Positions 11,046-22,353 of a stretch of DNA of 64,000 bases are shown here, one piece after another; within the stretch, counting starts at the first letter, position 1; every line of letters begins with the position of its first letter. The position numbers and the translations under genes are program-made. The notes under the pieces are model-generated. The model saw nothing but the letters and a program-made list of their open reading frames with translations, made no database searches and was not told where the DNA came from. Source of the stretch: Trypanosoma brucei (taxonomy: Eukaryota). Location: assembly GCA_000002445.1 (NCBI GenBank), contig CM000208.1, forward strand, positions 192,001 to 256,000, read 5' to 3'.

Positions 11046-11765
11046 ATGCAGGGAGGAACAAAAATATATGGCGGGGTCGTGGTCCGACTGACGGATCGGT
11101 TACTGCTCTGTAAAGCTCCGGGTTTTACCACCAGCGACTTTTCCATTCCGGAACTCATGTGGGCGGAACTTGTCAGTAAATGTGCCGCACCTAATATGCG
11201 TACTAGTTCTACTATGATGGCTAATAATGCCACTTCTAGTGGTTCTGCAGCTCCACAACTTTCTTACCATATTTGTACTGATAATGAACTTGCCTTCGCT
11301 ATTTTATCAGATATGGGGCTTACACGCCATAAGGCGCATGCCACATTGGATGAGGCATCCAAAACATTTCGGAAGATGTTCGTTGAGAGCGTGGCGTCGT
11401 TTACTCCCAAAGCAGTGGAGGTGTTTGTAAAACCCTACCGTGATTTATTGCTCCGCTCCAGTGATGGGGGTTCATCAGATGATAAGGTAAATAAAGTTAA
11501 AAAAGCTGTGGATGAGGTTAAGGAAATTGCTCTCGATAATGTAGAACGTGTCATGCAACGTGGACAACGGATTGATGATATTGTTCGCTCTACAGAGGAT
11601 TTGCAGCTTCAGGCGCAAGGTTTCCAGCGAAGTAGTCGTGATCTCCGCCAACAAATGTGGTGGAGTTCAGTCAAGGGGAAGTTATTGATTGCAGGTGTGG
11701 CTCTTTTTTTTATTTTAATTGTGGTATTCGTTTTTGTAGGTGGTAAAAAAGAGGAAAAGAAGTAA
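11046..11765 (+). CDS. R-SNARE (VAMP/Sec22-like vesicle SNARE with a putative longin-type N-terminus and a C-terminal TM anchor)
   Basis: The SNARE heptad segment NVERVMQRGQRIDDIVRSTEDLQLQAQGFQRSSRDLRQQMWW has Arg at the zero layer. It is followed by the single TM helix LLIAGVALFFILIVVFVFVGG and a short Lys-rich tail. The first ATG is at 11046, directly after (TA)n and a polyC/T tract. The ORF-track start at 10953 lies inside the repeat. Confidence 0.7.
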   Translation: MQGGTKIYGGVVVRLTDRLLLCKAPGFTTSDFSIPELMWAELVSKCAAPNMRTSSTMMANNATSSGSAAPQLSYHICTDNELAFAILSDMGLTRHKAHATLDEASKTFRKMFVESVASFTPKAVEVFVKPYRDLLLRSSDGGSSDDKVNKVKKAVDEVKEIALDNVERVMQRGQRIDDIVRSTEDLQLQAQGFQRSSRDLRQQMWWSSVKGKLLIAGVALFFILIVVFVFVGGKKEEKK

Positions 11766-13306
11766 TTTTCTTTTTGTTTACCCCTCCTCTTTTTTTTTTA
11801 TTTTTAAACCTTCATTCCTACAAGTACCAACATACACCCCAACGGGAATGTGCGCTTCATACAAACATGAAAAAAAAAAAGGAGAACAAACAAACAAACA
11901 AAAGAGATATTTTCTCTACTGAAAAGCAAAAAAAAAAAAGAAATAAGAAATAAGAAGTGATGATAGCGGCTGTGGAAGGTTGGTAAAAATGAACTGCAGG
12001 TGGTTTGGCCTTTTTTTTTTTCTCCTCCTTTTGGTGTTGTTTTTCTTTCTTTGATTATTTGCTTGAAATAATATTGTGAATATGTGCCTACGAAGCACTG
12101 AGGGTGGGGAGCAAAAAAAAAAAAGAGAGAGAGAGAGAGGGAGAGAGAAAGGCGGGAAGAGAAGAAAGTGACAGTAAAGGATGAGGAAACAAAAAAAAAT
12201 GAGGTTAAAAAGAAAAATAAAAAATAAAATAGAATAATAACATGGTGGATGGGTTTTATAACCAATTGGAAAGGGTCTCATACAAAAATGAAAAAAAAAG
12301 GAGGTAGAAGAAGAAAGAAGAAGAAAGAGGAGGAGGAGGAGGGAAAAACAAAACAAAGAAAAAGTGTTGAAGTAGTGGTATATAAACTGCTGTGGAATTA
12401 TACCCGTATGTGACAAAAACTGTTCATGCTTTCCCTTCATTTTCCCTCAGTTTCCGTTTGTTTGTTTTTGTTTGTTTGTTTTTGTTATTCACTGCGGCCG
12501 TTTAGTTATGTCTGGGAGTTTCCATGCTTAGGTTTGCATCAACGTATGACTAAAAGAAAGAAAAAAAAAGAAAATGAGTTGCAGAGGGAGAGAGAAAGAG
12601 AAGAGTGTGTGTGTGTGAGAGAGAAAGAGAAAAAAAAAAAGAAGGACTTCACGTGCACACACACACAAAAAAAAAAGAATTGAAAAATTATTCACCGAGG
12701 CACTTTATTTATTATCTCAGATCTCGACTGTCGTTCGGTCGTTGGACATTTCCTTTTCCCTCTCAATTTTTATTACGTTACTAAATTAATTTTTTTTTTC
12801 CCCCATCCCCTCCCCTCTTTTTCGTTGAACGATGTTGTTAGTGCTCTTTTGTCGTCGTTGTTGCTAATCTTCCTTCCGCAACCCGAATACCTCCCGTGTG
12901 CCTCAGGCATTTGCTTTTGTCTGCCACATATCTATTTTCCCATAGGGAGGAAGAGGGGGAAAAAAAAAAGAAAAAAAAAAGATGGGCTGCTTCTGAACCT
13001 GCGTGAAATGTTCTGATTGTCTCCACCTAAGTGATCGCTGCGAGTCTTTCTTTATTTATGGTCTTCCTCACTCTCCCGCGCTTGTTTAGGTATCTGCTTG
13101 ACCTATTGCTGTCTTGACTCTCACCTCATCCTCTCCTTCTTTACTTATATATTTTTTTTGTTTCGTTTTGCTCCGTTAACATTTACTGTTATTATTATTA
13201 TTACTATTGTCATCTTCATCATCATCAATCTTGTTTTATCTTTTACACCATTAGAAGGAAACCGTGTACCCTCCGTGCAACCCCCCGTTGCAACCGCCAG
13301 TATTTA

Positions 13307-14527
13307 ATGCATCCGGAAATTGAAGCACTCAAGCGACGTAATCGCGCCGCGGGAAAACGGCTGGTGCCTATTGAACCTGATCATACCAACAGGCAATCGC
13401 GTTCCACTTCCTGCAGTGTGAGGCGTAATGGTTCCATTTCTTCACTTACCGCTCGAACCCCTCAAAGTCTCGAACAATCTGCTGAGCGAGTTCATGAGGA
13501 ACGCAGACAAGTTAGCAGTTTAACATCGCGGTTTACAGCAACAGCACCCATTTCCGTCAACAAATCGTATAACAATAGGAATGATGGAATGTACACGGTG
13601 GCTAATGGCCGTATGGGGCAGAAACCTCAGTTATCCATTCCAAGAGTACCAGCAAGGCCACCTGTGGGTGTTCGTGGTAAAACTCGCAATAATTTAGGAA
13701 GTTTTGTTAGAACCCCGACCAATGGAGAAGATCCCGTTGCGTGTGTGAGTGGCCCCGCTGTGGCAAATGTGTCGAAGGTTGGAAATAAAATATCTCCGGA
13801 AATGTGTCACATGCCATCTAGTGGGGGCCTCTCCAGTACTTCTGTGCACCCAGCGGAAAAAGACGTAATTGAAGAAGAGTACCGACAACACGTGGAAGAA
13901 AGCTTAAATGACGGAGATGAGGTATCTTCTCTTGGGGGCCATCTCGCCAAGCATGAGTTTAAGTCTGTACCAGATCATATTCGTAGGATGCTGGAAGGAG
14001 ATAGAATAGAAGAACCGTATACAACAAAGCTTTGGGAACAGATAAATACGGACGAGGGGCGACGAACTAATGGCTATTACGAATGCATCCGCTGCGGTAT
14101 GCCTTTGGTGTCACCTAAGCACCAAATACGTTTTTTCACGCGCGGTATTGCAGCGTTTTCGCTTATGCATTGGGACGGCGTGGAGGTGCGTGTTGGAGGC
14201 GTTGCTTCTTCAAACAACAAATCGAAGAGTCGCGGCACCTCAGAGGCACTTCAGTTGCAGGTGCGTTGTAAATGTTGCTCAGGTTTTGTTGGCATTCTTG
14301 TGCCCGATCCAGAAGGGGAACCCCGCAATATATTTGTTGTGAACAGTTGCTGTTTGAGTTACGTGAAGGATAAAACAACACGGTGTAAACTCAGTAAACC
14401 GTGTGGTGCTCACGGAGATGACGGTGATGGAAGCGGAATGAAGCGATTAAATAGCCGAAACAGCAGGGCCTCTGAAGGTGACGTAGAGATAGATTTCAAT
14501 GACCCAGATATATTCGAGATTGATTAA
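13307..14527 (+). CDS. Hypothetical protein with a C-terminal Yippee/Mis18-like zinc-binding domain
   Basis: 406 aa. The N-terminal ~250 aa is Ser/Arg/Pro-rich and likely disordered. The C-terminus YYECIRCGMPLVS...FTRGIAAF...VRCKCCSGFVGILVP has two CxxC pairs about 55 aa apart with the Yippee-like spacing. Confidence 0.45.
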   Translation: MHPEIEALKRRNRAAGKRLVPIEPDHTNRQSRSTSCSVRRNGSISSLTARTPQSLEQSAERVHEERRQVSSLTSRFTATAPISVNKSYNNRNDGMYTVANGRMGQKPQLSIPRVPARPPVGVRGKTRNNLGSFVRTPTNGEDPVACVSGPAVANVSKVGNKISPEMCHMPSSGGLSSTSVHPAEKDVIEEEYRQHVEESLNDGDEVSSLGGHLAKHEFKSVPDHIRRMLEGDRIEEPYTTKLWEQINTDEGRRTNGYYECIRCGMPLVSPKHQIRFFTRGIAAFSLMHWDGVEVRVGGVASSNNKSKSRGTSEALQLQVRCKCCSGFVGILVPDPEGEPRNIFVVNSCCLSYVKDKTTRCKLSKPCGAHGDDGDGSGMKRLNSRNSRASEGDVEIDFNDPDIFEID

Positions 14528-15161
14528 TTGTGAAAGAATGAAGGCGCGAGCGTCCAACTGTTTGATGCGCGTGTTCACTATGGTAGCGAACGGTACAGAT
14601 TAAAAATGAGCAGGAAAGAGGAGGGAGGGGAGGAAAAAAAAACAAAAAGGGAACGTGAGGAACCGGGGGGGGGCAGAAGGCGAAGGTTGTGGCACTTCAC
14701 TCCCGTTCCACTTCCTTCTCTACGGGCGCGTTATTTTAAATGTCTCTTCCCATCGCTTCTTTTCCCTTCCTTCATTTTTCCTTTTAAGGATTTCTCTCAG
14801 CTATGACCTTCATTGGACAGAGGAGGGAAAGAAAATAAAGAAAATGGAGTGGCAAGTATTATGCTGCGCTTTCTCTCACTATTATCACTGCCCTTTTATT
14901 TATATATTTTATTTATATAAATACTTTTACGAGTTTTTACTTCATAGATGAAAATGCACTTCACCCGTTAACACGTAAAAACCAAGTATTGGAGGAATAG
15001 AAGGAAGAAATGAAGTTACTTCCGTATGGGTTTGTTAGGTTTTCTCTGTTACTTGTCCTCCTCTTGTTTTTCTCCCCTATCTTTTGCATTTGCAGGAGAG
15101 AGAAAGAGAAATAAAAGGCAGGAAACCAATGAAGGAGAAAAACAAGGGCATGCATACCTCG

Positions 15162-15162
15162 G

Positions 15163-15193
<31 letters not shown>

Positions 15194-15211
15194 GTGTGTG
15201 TGTGTGTCTGT
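15162..15211. repeat. Microsatellite (GTT)n followed by (GT)n
   Basis: ggttgttgttgttgttgttgttgttgttgttgtgtgtgtgtgtgtgtctgtg. Confidence 0.9.
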
Positions 15212-15990
15212 GATTTTAAATCGTGACTTAATGAATTTTTGTTTAGGGTATATAAATAAAATAAATAAATATATATATATATATGTCTGTGTGTGTCTTC
15301 CGTATTTTCATTATTATTGCTTCATGCCTTTTCTTTTTTTGTTTGCTTTTTCCCCTACCGGAAAAACGCGGATACGATGACGTTGCGAAATGATCGCCGA
15401 GAGGGAGTAAATGGAAGGGAACGTAATGAGGAGAATGAGGGCCCGAAGAGAAAAAATGAAAGAAAAAGAAAAAAAAACGTGAGGTTAAGCCCTCAGTGAG
15501 GTGATTTGTTTAAGGAGAGGAAAGGTCTGTCATGCTGTTTTTCTCTCTTTTTTTTTTTTTTCTCCTGCCTCCTTTCAGTTTTTTGCTTTCTTTTTTTCTT
15601 TTTCATTGTCCGTGTACGGTAAGCGGCAGGGAACACAACTCATCTGCGTTTGCTCGTTTCGTTGCGAGGCATGCGGTCACTCACTCCTCTTTTCTTTCGT
15701 TATGTGTATCTCTCCTCTCTCGGGGTGGGTGCGCACCCTCTCACTTTGTCTTCTCTTTTACTGCAGAAATTACACCCTTCCGTCATTCAGTTATTTTATC
15801 TGATATGTTCTTTCATATTACAGTGCAATTGAGTTTTATAAGTTTACCTCAGGGGGGATCGTTGGAAGGACCTCCCCCTTGTTTTTTTTTATTCTTTTTG
15901 CCTGTCTTAACTCTCCTGTCGAAAATACTTTATATACTTCTGTCTGCACCAGTTGTGTCAGTGTTCTGTTCTTTAGTCTGAAGGTCATGA

Positions 15991-17802
15991 ATGGGGGCGG
16001 AAAAAAAAATAAATCGTCCCACCAACTCTGGTGAGGTTGCAGAGAATGTTGGCGCATTTACAGAGGTGATGGTACCGGTATGGAGTCGACTTTGTGACAA
16101 AGTTATCGCAGCCTACAAGGCAGGTGAAGATATTGTAGTATTACAGCATTTTGAGGAACTGCGGGCAACACCCGAGCTTGATGTTATTGCGCATGATTCG
16201 CTCATATCTGCTGCTCCCGACCTCACAGTTGGGGCGGTTGAGAAGAAAGAAGATGATAGAGCTGCTAAGAAAGAAAGGTTGGAATATTGTTGGGGGCGCG
16301 CACTTCTCTCTGCTAGGCACTTGGCAGGAGACGATGATGAACACATTAACAGCATCGTGGAAAGTTTTGAGCAACAGTTTGGATGCGTCTCCGGGTACCT
16401 TCGCGCTCTAGCTATAAACGCTGAGAGCGCACTGGAGGTGCTTCAGTTATACCAAATGATGGAGGGTCCGGTAACCACGAGGGTTGCCACTGCTGCTCTG
16501 CACCGGTTTTTAACAAATGACGCCAGTGAAGTTTCTGGACTGTTGCAGTTCCTGAAGTTGAATAATGTTCCACTGACACGTGAGTTTCATGATCAACTGG
16601 AAAAAAATTTTGTCATGCGTATGAAAACGGAGGATGCTGAGGAAGTCTTTAAGGACATGCGTAACGCTGGCGTGGAGCCAGTTAGTACACATCCGTATAA
16701 CTTTATTTTCATGAAAACACCCCCGTTTAAGTACATGGATCTTCTTGATTACTACGAGGACATGCTGGATCGCGGTATCGTGCCTATGAACTCCACCTTC
16801 CGCATTCTCAGCAGACAGACACAAAACGGGGGTTTGGTGAACCAACATTTTAGTGCTCTTGCGAGGGGGACGACTACGGGATCCGATCGTCGGCATGAAA
16901 CTGAAGGGCACGGCGGGACGCAGGCTTTTTTTGCCACACGCCTTGAGGAACTCGCTCGTTTGAAATCCAGTACAACTTTAGATGATGCTCTGCGCGTGCT
17001 CCGGCGTATGGACGTTGAGGGTACGCCATTAATTAGTGGCTCCGTTGTACTCAACGTCTTATTGTCCGTATTCTGCCGTGCAGGGCACATCGAAGACACG
17101 GAGCGTGTGCTTCAATTAGCAAAGGAGCGCGGATGTACTCCCAATGGTGCAACGTTGTCTAGGGTTTTAAAGAAGAGTAATGCAGACCGCTTTCTTCAAG
17201 CTGAGCTTATCCTACCAGACGCACTAGAAGCAGGTGACGTACGGTTAAGCGACATCACTGATGTTATGTGTCACTTCTTCAATAATGGCATGCGTAGTCA
17301 AGTAGTGCGTATACTCCGTGCATATGTTGTCCGTTGTTATCGCAACCCCACCGAGTCGATTCCCCACACCGTTGCCTTATGGGCGTTGCGACTGGGTCCG
17401 TTTGATTGGGCACTGGGTTTTTTAGCAATATTGCTTGCATCCAATGATGAGCCACTTAGCGATCGAATTCAACGGCGCATGCACGAAGTTGTGAAGGAGA
17501 ATCGAAGTCGTGAGATTCTTAAGGTTCTGGAGGGACACAAATGGGACCGCCGCAGTATTTTGCTCGCACCGCAGCTTCAAGAGCCAACAAACAGCAGCGA
17601 TGGCGCTGGTGAAGTTAATGGGCGCAGCAGTGAAGGAGGTAACAGCGGGGGTGGACATCATCGTCGCGACATGGGCCCGTCATGGATGAGTGCCATGCAT
17701 TTGGTACTAAAGGAAATGGGTGTGGAGAAGGAAGTACTGATGGGATATAAGGCGAAACTTTCGGCTCTCATTAATGATGCGAAAAAGAAGCGTGATAATT
17801 AA
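15991..17802 (+). CDS. Pentatricopeptide-repeat (PPR) protein, probable mitochondrial RNA-binding factor
   Basis: 603 aa. It contains several degenerate 35-aa helical repeats with the PPR consensus, for example AEEVFKDMRNAGVEPVSTHPYNFIFM, YYEDMLDRGIVPMNSTF, DDALRVLRRMDVEGTPLISGSVVLNVLLSVFCRAGHIEDTERVLQLAKERGCTPNGATLSRVL. Confidence 0.6.
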   Translation: MGAEKKINRPTNSGEVAENVGAFTEVMVPVWSRLCDKVIAAYKAGEDIVVLQHFEELRATPELDVIAHDSLISAAPDLTVGAVEKKEDDRAAKKERLEYCWGRALLSARHLAGDDDEHINSIVESFEQQFGCVSGYLRALAINAESALEVLQLYQMMEGPVTTRVATAALHRFLTNDASEVSGLLQFLKLNNVPLTREFHDQLEKNFVMRMKTEDAEEVFKDMRNAGVEPVSTHPYNFIFMKTPPFKYMDLLDYYEDMLDRGIVPMNSTFRILSRQTQNGGLVNQHFSALARGTTTGSDRRHETEGHGGTQAFFATRLEELARLKSSTTLDDALRVLRRMDVEGTPLISGSVVLNVLLSVFCRAGHIEDTERVLQLAKERGCTPNGATLSRVLKKSNADRFLQAELILPDALEAGDVRLSDITDVMCHFFNNGMRSQVVRILRAYVVRCYRNPTESIPHTVALWALRLGPFDWALGFLAILLASNDEPLSDRIQRRMHEVVKENRSREILKVLEGHKWDRRSILLAPQLQEPTNSSDGAGEVNGRSSEGGNSGGGHHRRDMGPSWMSAMHLVLKEMGVEKEVLMGYKAKLSALINDAKKKRDN

Positions 17803-19314
17803 ACTGTGTAAAAATGTCCCCAGAGGGAATAAAGTGAAGGTGGAAGTGTGAAGGGAAAGGAAGGGAATGGGGCCGTGGACATAGGAAAAGTATAAACAAA
17901 TTGGAGAAGGAAAGAGAAAGAGAGAGAGAGAGAGAAGGCACCAGAACAACGAAGTTGTTATGTCGGAGGCGAAATTGACGGCAGAATTGCTCGAGTTTTT
18001 TTTTTGTATGGATTGAGCAAAGAAAAGGGGGACCATGAGGGAAAGGGTGTGTGTGGGGCAAGGGTTCCTGTATTTGCGTATGTGCGACTGAACTGCGAGC
18101 CGAGACACCCGGTAGTGAATTACATTTGGTATTTTTTACATTATTATTATTATTATTGTTTTTTTTTAATAGTCTCGTTTCCTTTTCCCCGTGCCTCCCC
18201 ACCCTCTCCTTTGATCTCTATGTTGTAGTGTCTTTCATGCACTTTAACTTCACTTCTCCAGGACTTTATTAACGTCACTTAATGTGTGCAGTGAGAAATA
18301 TTGAAAGAGAAAGAGAGAGAGAGAAGGATACCCACGTGTATGTGATATCCACATTTATTTCCCATCAGCAGAGAGAGAGATGTGCTTGAAGACCCGTACT
18401 TAGATGTAGAACGCAAAAACCTCTGCGCCGAATAATTGTTTCTAAAAGAAAGAAGGAAAAACAGAGCAAATTGTGGACGGTACCGGTGTGGTTTTAATAT
18501 CGTGCCAAACCGTCACCTCCGCAAGCCGTTGTGTTGTACGGAATCATCATTTGTAAAGCCGTTGGATGGGTGAGCCAAAAAAAAAGGAAAATGATAACAG
18601 AAGTAAAGGGGACGGAAACTGGGAGGGTGAAGCGAGAAAAGAGAAGACAGTTTTGAAGGAATTGGAATGATTTTCGAAGGAAAAAGACGAGGGGGTGCGT
18701 GAGTAAACGCTTTTTTTTTTGTTTCCACCACTTGACACTTTTGTTTCGCCCCGCCTTGTTTCGTTGTCCCCCTCTCAAGTTTTTTCATTGTTATTATCAT
18801 CATCATCATCACTATAATTACTCTCCTTTTAAAAAGAAATGGATTGTCACTTTGTTCGTCCTTTTTTACCTATTCCTAAATTCCCCATCATCCATTTTCC
18901 TCGAGTCACACACCTCGGGTACTACTTAAATATATTCGATGTTATTGTTTTTTTTTGTTTCTGTGTCCCGCGGAAATAGAGTTTATTATTCTAAACAGGA
19001 GAAGAACCAACGGAGAATACAAATCAAGAAGGTGAAAAAGAAAGGATCTGGGGGGAAAGTTGGGCTGTCATGTGACAGCAAGTGTCAGCCACCACCTTTC
19101 CATTAAACCTCGTTGTTTCTGTTTCCCTTGTTTAATTCCACACCTCTGTTTGGTTTCTGTGTCTTCACCTGTTTTCACATTGATTGCACCCCTTACTTTT
19201 AGTTTTAGGTTATGTGTTTGGGCCCATTGTGAGCGAACCACCGACTATTTTATCAGGCTTTGCACATACGCAAACACAGCTACTTTATCTACTTATACGC
19301 GCCACATAATTAAA

Positions 19315-19318
<4 letters not shown>

Positions 19319-19349
<31 letters not shown>
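19319..19349. repeat. (TA)n microsatellite
   Basis: Perfect TA dinucleotide run. Similar runs occur at 2606-2626, 5651-5678, 9417-9454 ((TA)n(TG)n), 11004-11030, 24098-24126, 25340-25360 and 37009-37044. Confidence 0.9.
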
Positions 19350-19351
<2 letters not shown>

Positions 19352-19623
19352 GTATTCGCACGAGCACTTGTTATTGACGCGATATCGGTGAGTTACCGAC
19401 CGACGGACAGCAGTAGTGGTAACATAAGCAAATTAAAGATAGAAAGTAGCGTAGAGCAGACCAGTGTGGTAGCGTGCGGCTTTCACCATTTCGGTTGAAA
19501 AATTTTTTTGCCGTCAGTTAAGGAGGAAGGGGAGAGTGCGAGACATCGGAATCTTTGGGGTGTGTTTTCGGACACAATAGAAAATCAGCAAATAAATCAC
19601 GAGTAGGTAATAGGCAACAAAAA

Positions 19624-20661
19624 ATGGAGTCCCCTGTGGAAATGTACCGATCCCACTGCCAAGCTGTTGGGGTGGCAATGAACAGTGCGTTGCTAAGGGG
19701 GCTGCCGGAAACCACTGAGAAATTGAGGAACATGAAAGTAATGCATTTTGGGCGAAATTTTCTCGGTGACCGGGGTATCCTCCCGTTACTTCCTGTAATA
19801 AAGCAGGCCAAATCTTTGCACACTCTTGATTTGCGTAATAATGGGATAGGGAACGAGGGGGTGAAGGCACTTTGTCGCCAACTCCGTGATCATCCCTCAC
19901 TGAGGGTTCTGGAATTGGGTGGGAATCCCTTTACGTACCTGGCGGCGCGGCAACTCACATATTTGTGTGAATACAACGACAGAATTACTTTTATTGGCGT
20001 TGACGACACCCTCATGACGGAACCACTTCGCCAGAGCATAGTTCACCGCATGCAAGCAACAATGAAGCGTCGGGAGAATCGGAGGCAGAGGAAGCAGGCT
20101 TCACCTAATGTAATAGACAATGAGGAAAATACCACTGAAGAAGTCACCGCTACTGGAGACACCGAATATATCGACGACGCTGCAGTAGCTATGGGGGTTT
20201 TTGTTTCAGAGGATCCACTGGCAACACCTCTGCAACCGGTTGAAGTGGTAACGGAGGCTTGTGTGCAACTCATTAGTCCACCAGCCAACACCCCATCGGT
20301 CAAATCAGAAAAAGTTGCTGAGATGACGGGAGATGAAATGATATCCGGTCCCTCACCATCATCCTCTTCAGTTACTCCCCCATCCACAGGAGCCGCCGCT
20401 TCTTCAACCTCCGACTCTCGGGAGACAACACAAGCCAATGAAGACGAAGTGGGAGAACCTGCTGAGGTTTTCTCCGATGAGGAACAAAATAAAGTGGCGG
20501 CAGTAGAGGAAACCGACGAGACGAGTGACGTGTCGGTGCATAGTGCAGGGGAGGAGTTAAGCGGAAGTATGGTAGATGATGATGTGCAGAGCGAAAGCAG
20601 TGTGACGAGGAGTGACGCAACGGAGCCGCAAGAAGATAGCATTGTGGAAGACGAAGATTAA
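19624..20661 (+). CDS. Leucine-rich repeat protein (ribonuclease-inhibitor-like LRR) with an acidic Ser-rich C-terminal tail
   Basis: RNI-type LRRs: LRNMKVMHFGRNFLGDRGILPLLPVIKQAKSLHTLDLRNNGIGNEGVKALCRQLRDHPSLRVLELGGNPF. The first ATG (MESPVEMYR) is at 19624. The upstream extension in the ORF track starts with TTG. The tail is rich in D, E, S and T. Confidence 0.65.
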   Translation: MESPVEMYRSHCQAVGVAMNSALLRGLPETTEKLRNMKVMHFGRNFLGDRGILPLLPVIKQAKSLHTLDLRNNGIGNEGVKALCRQLRDHPSLRVLELGGNPFTYLAARQLTYLCEYNDRITFIGVDDTLMTEPLRQSIVHRMQATMKRRENRRQRKQASPNVIDNEENTTEEVTATGDTEYIDDAAVAMGVFVSEDPLATPLQPVEVVTEACVQLISPPANTPSVKSEKVAEMTGDEMISGPSPSSSSVTPPSTGAAASSTSDSRETTQANEDEVGEPAEVFSDEEQNKVAAVEETDETSDVSVHSAGEELSGSMVDDDVQSESSVTRSDATEPQEDSIVEDED

Positions 20662-21819
20662 TATTATTCAAGCGAATATCTTTGCATGTGGTACGAAATG
20701 AGAAGTAAAGAGAAGAGAAAAAGAGGGGAGAAAGAGAGAGAAACTCAGGAAATGCGGAATGTGGGGTATCTGTCGTGTAAATATTGTTTTTGCGCCCACC
20801 GCAAACAAAAGTGTTCTTTTTTTTTTTCATTCGAGGTCCGACAAAGCGTTCAAAGATAGTTGAGGCTATGAACATCAGCAACTATGTGGCTGTACTTGAC
20901 CGTATGAAGTAAAACCTACACCTTGGGAATACGTCCATTTGTGTTACATATAATTGCTTGGCACCGTCAGTGCAATCGTATGTGATGCGTGGGGTTAATC
21001 GTTTCGTTCCAGGCACTCTTTCTTTTCGTCATTTGATGTTGTTTTTTTTTTTGTGTGTGTTTTTTGTGTTGTTCCTTGTTTCATATTTCTTTATTGCATG
21101 ACTGCATGGGCGTAAGGAAAAGGTGAGGGAGAGGCAACCCTTGTTATTTTAATTTTCTTCCGTCCTCGTTACCCGCCCCTCCAAATAAAACAGTTGAGCG
21201 CAAATTCACACAAACTCACATACACATACACGTGCATATGCATATATGTATCATTACACTATTCATCTCTTTTCCCTTCTATTTCTCTCTTAAACTTTTT
21301 TTTTTCCTTTTTCGATTGTATTCGGCTTCTCATTTACTCCATTGTGTGCCTTCCTCTCTCTCTCTCTCTGTTTTTTTTTCATTTTTATGTTCTGTGGTGT
21401 CCTTCATTTTCCCCCACAGTGAGGAGTGTTTGTTGTTGTTGTTGTTTCCCTTTTTTTGTTCCATCTTATTATTTCCTGTCCCCTTCTGCCACTTCTCATA
21501 TCATTTTTTTTTGTCCACAACCACATGCCACTATTGTGTGTAATGAACTGAAGAATAAAAGAAATGGGATGAAAACGGGGGGAAAAACCTTTTAAAAAAA
21601 GGAGAAGAGGAGAAAAAGAGAAGAAGAAAAGAAAAGATAAGATAAGAGAAGAGAAGAGAGAAGGTAAAAAGAAAGAATGGGAAGGGAAAAGGGAAGGAAA
21701 TGTGGACAAAAAAAACGGGTTGGGTGTGGAGTGAGTGAAAGCGTCAGATGTACTAAATAAATGGTATTTATTTTAGTGATGCCTTTACTGTTCTATTTAT
21801 TAGATTTGACGAAGCTTTC

Positions 21820-21955
21820 GCGATTATTATTATTATTGTTGTTGTTGCTACTGTTCTCAATTTTTTTTTTCTTACTTTCCTCTCTTCTTCTTTTCTTTTC
21901 ATATCCTATTTGGTGCCGTCACTGCCTTTTCTCTTTTTTTTTTTCTGAGCTGTGA
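21820..21955 (+). promoter_or_regulatory. Long polypyrimidine tract, candidate trans-splicing and polyadenylation guide upstream of the adenylate kinase gene
   Basis: About 135 nt almost exclusively C/T (ttattattattgttgttgttgctactgttctc...ttctcttttttttttt). AG dinucleotides follow, about 400 nt upstream of ATG 22354. In trypanosomatids such tracts specify the spliced-leader acceptor site. Confidence 0.4.
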
Positions 21956-22353
21956 ATTTTTTGCTCAACCTCGAAAGAAATAGATTGAAAAGAAGAAATA
22001 CTGGTTGCAGTTCCTGTATTCCATTGGTTATTTTCATAATCTTGTTTGGGTACGTGTACAAATAAATAAAAAGTAAAGCCACTTAAAAACAAAAATATTG
22101 TTTTGTTGAGGTGGTTCACCCAAGTGTCAACACCTTTTAGGAAGAAGTAGCAAAAGAGGAAACAAATTAAAACAGCGAGAAGGGAAATCAAACAAGCCAA
22201 AGGAGAAATTAAAAGGCATTTATCAACTTGCGACTGCACATCTACTCGTGTTTATAAGAGTTGTAGTAGCAGGAACAAGAACAAGCAAAGAGGAAACCTA
22301 TTTATTTAATTTCATTTTTGTTACCTTCTTTCATTAAAAAAGAGTTTCAAGCC

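Noticed and set aside
11804-12440. Overlapping 153-aa and 174-aa minus-strand ORFs
   Set aside because: They are generated by (GA)n/(CT)n and poly-A/T low-complexity spacer sequence (poly-F/L/S translation). They do not look like coding sequence.
19555-19623. N-terminal extension MGCVFGH... of the LRR protein, resembling a dual-acylation (myristoyl/palmitoyl) signal
   Set aside because: Position 19555 is TTG, not ATG. The ORF track uses bacterial-style alternative starts. The first in-frame ATG is at 19624, so the attractive MGC acylation motif is probably not translated.
20043-20642. 199-aa minus-strand ORF
   Set aside because: Antisense to the acidic Ser/Thr/Glu-rich tail of the LRR protein. 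The biased composition keeps the reverse frame open. It has no independent features.
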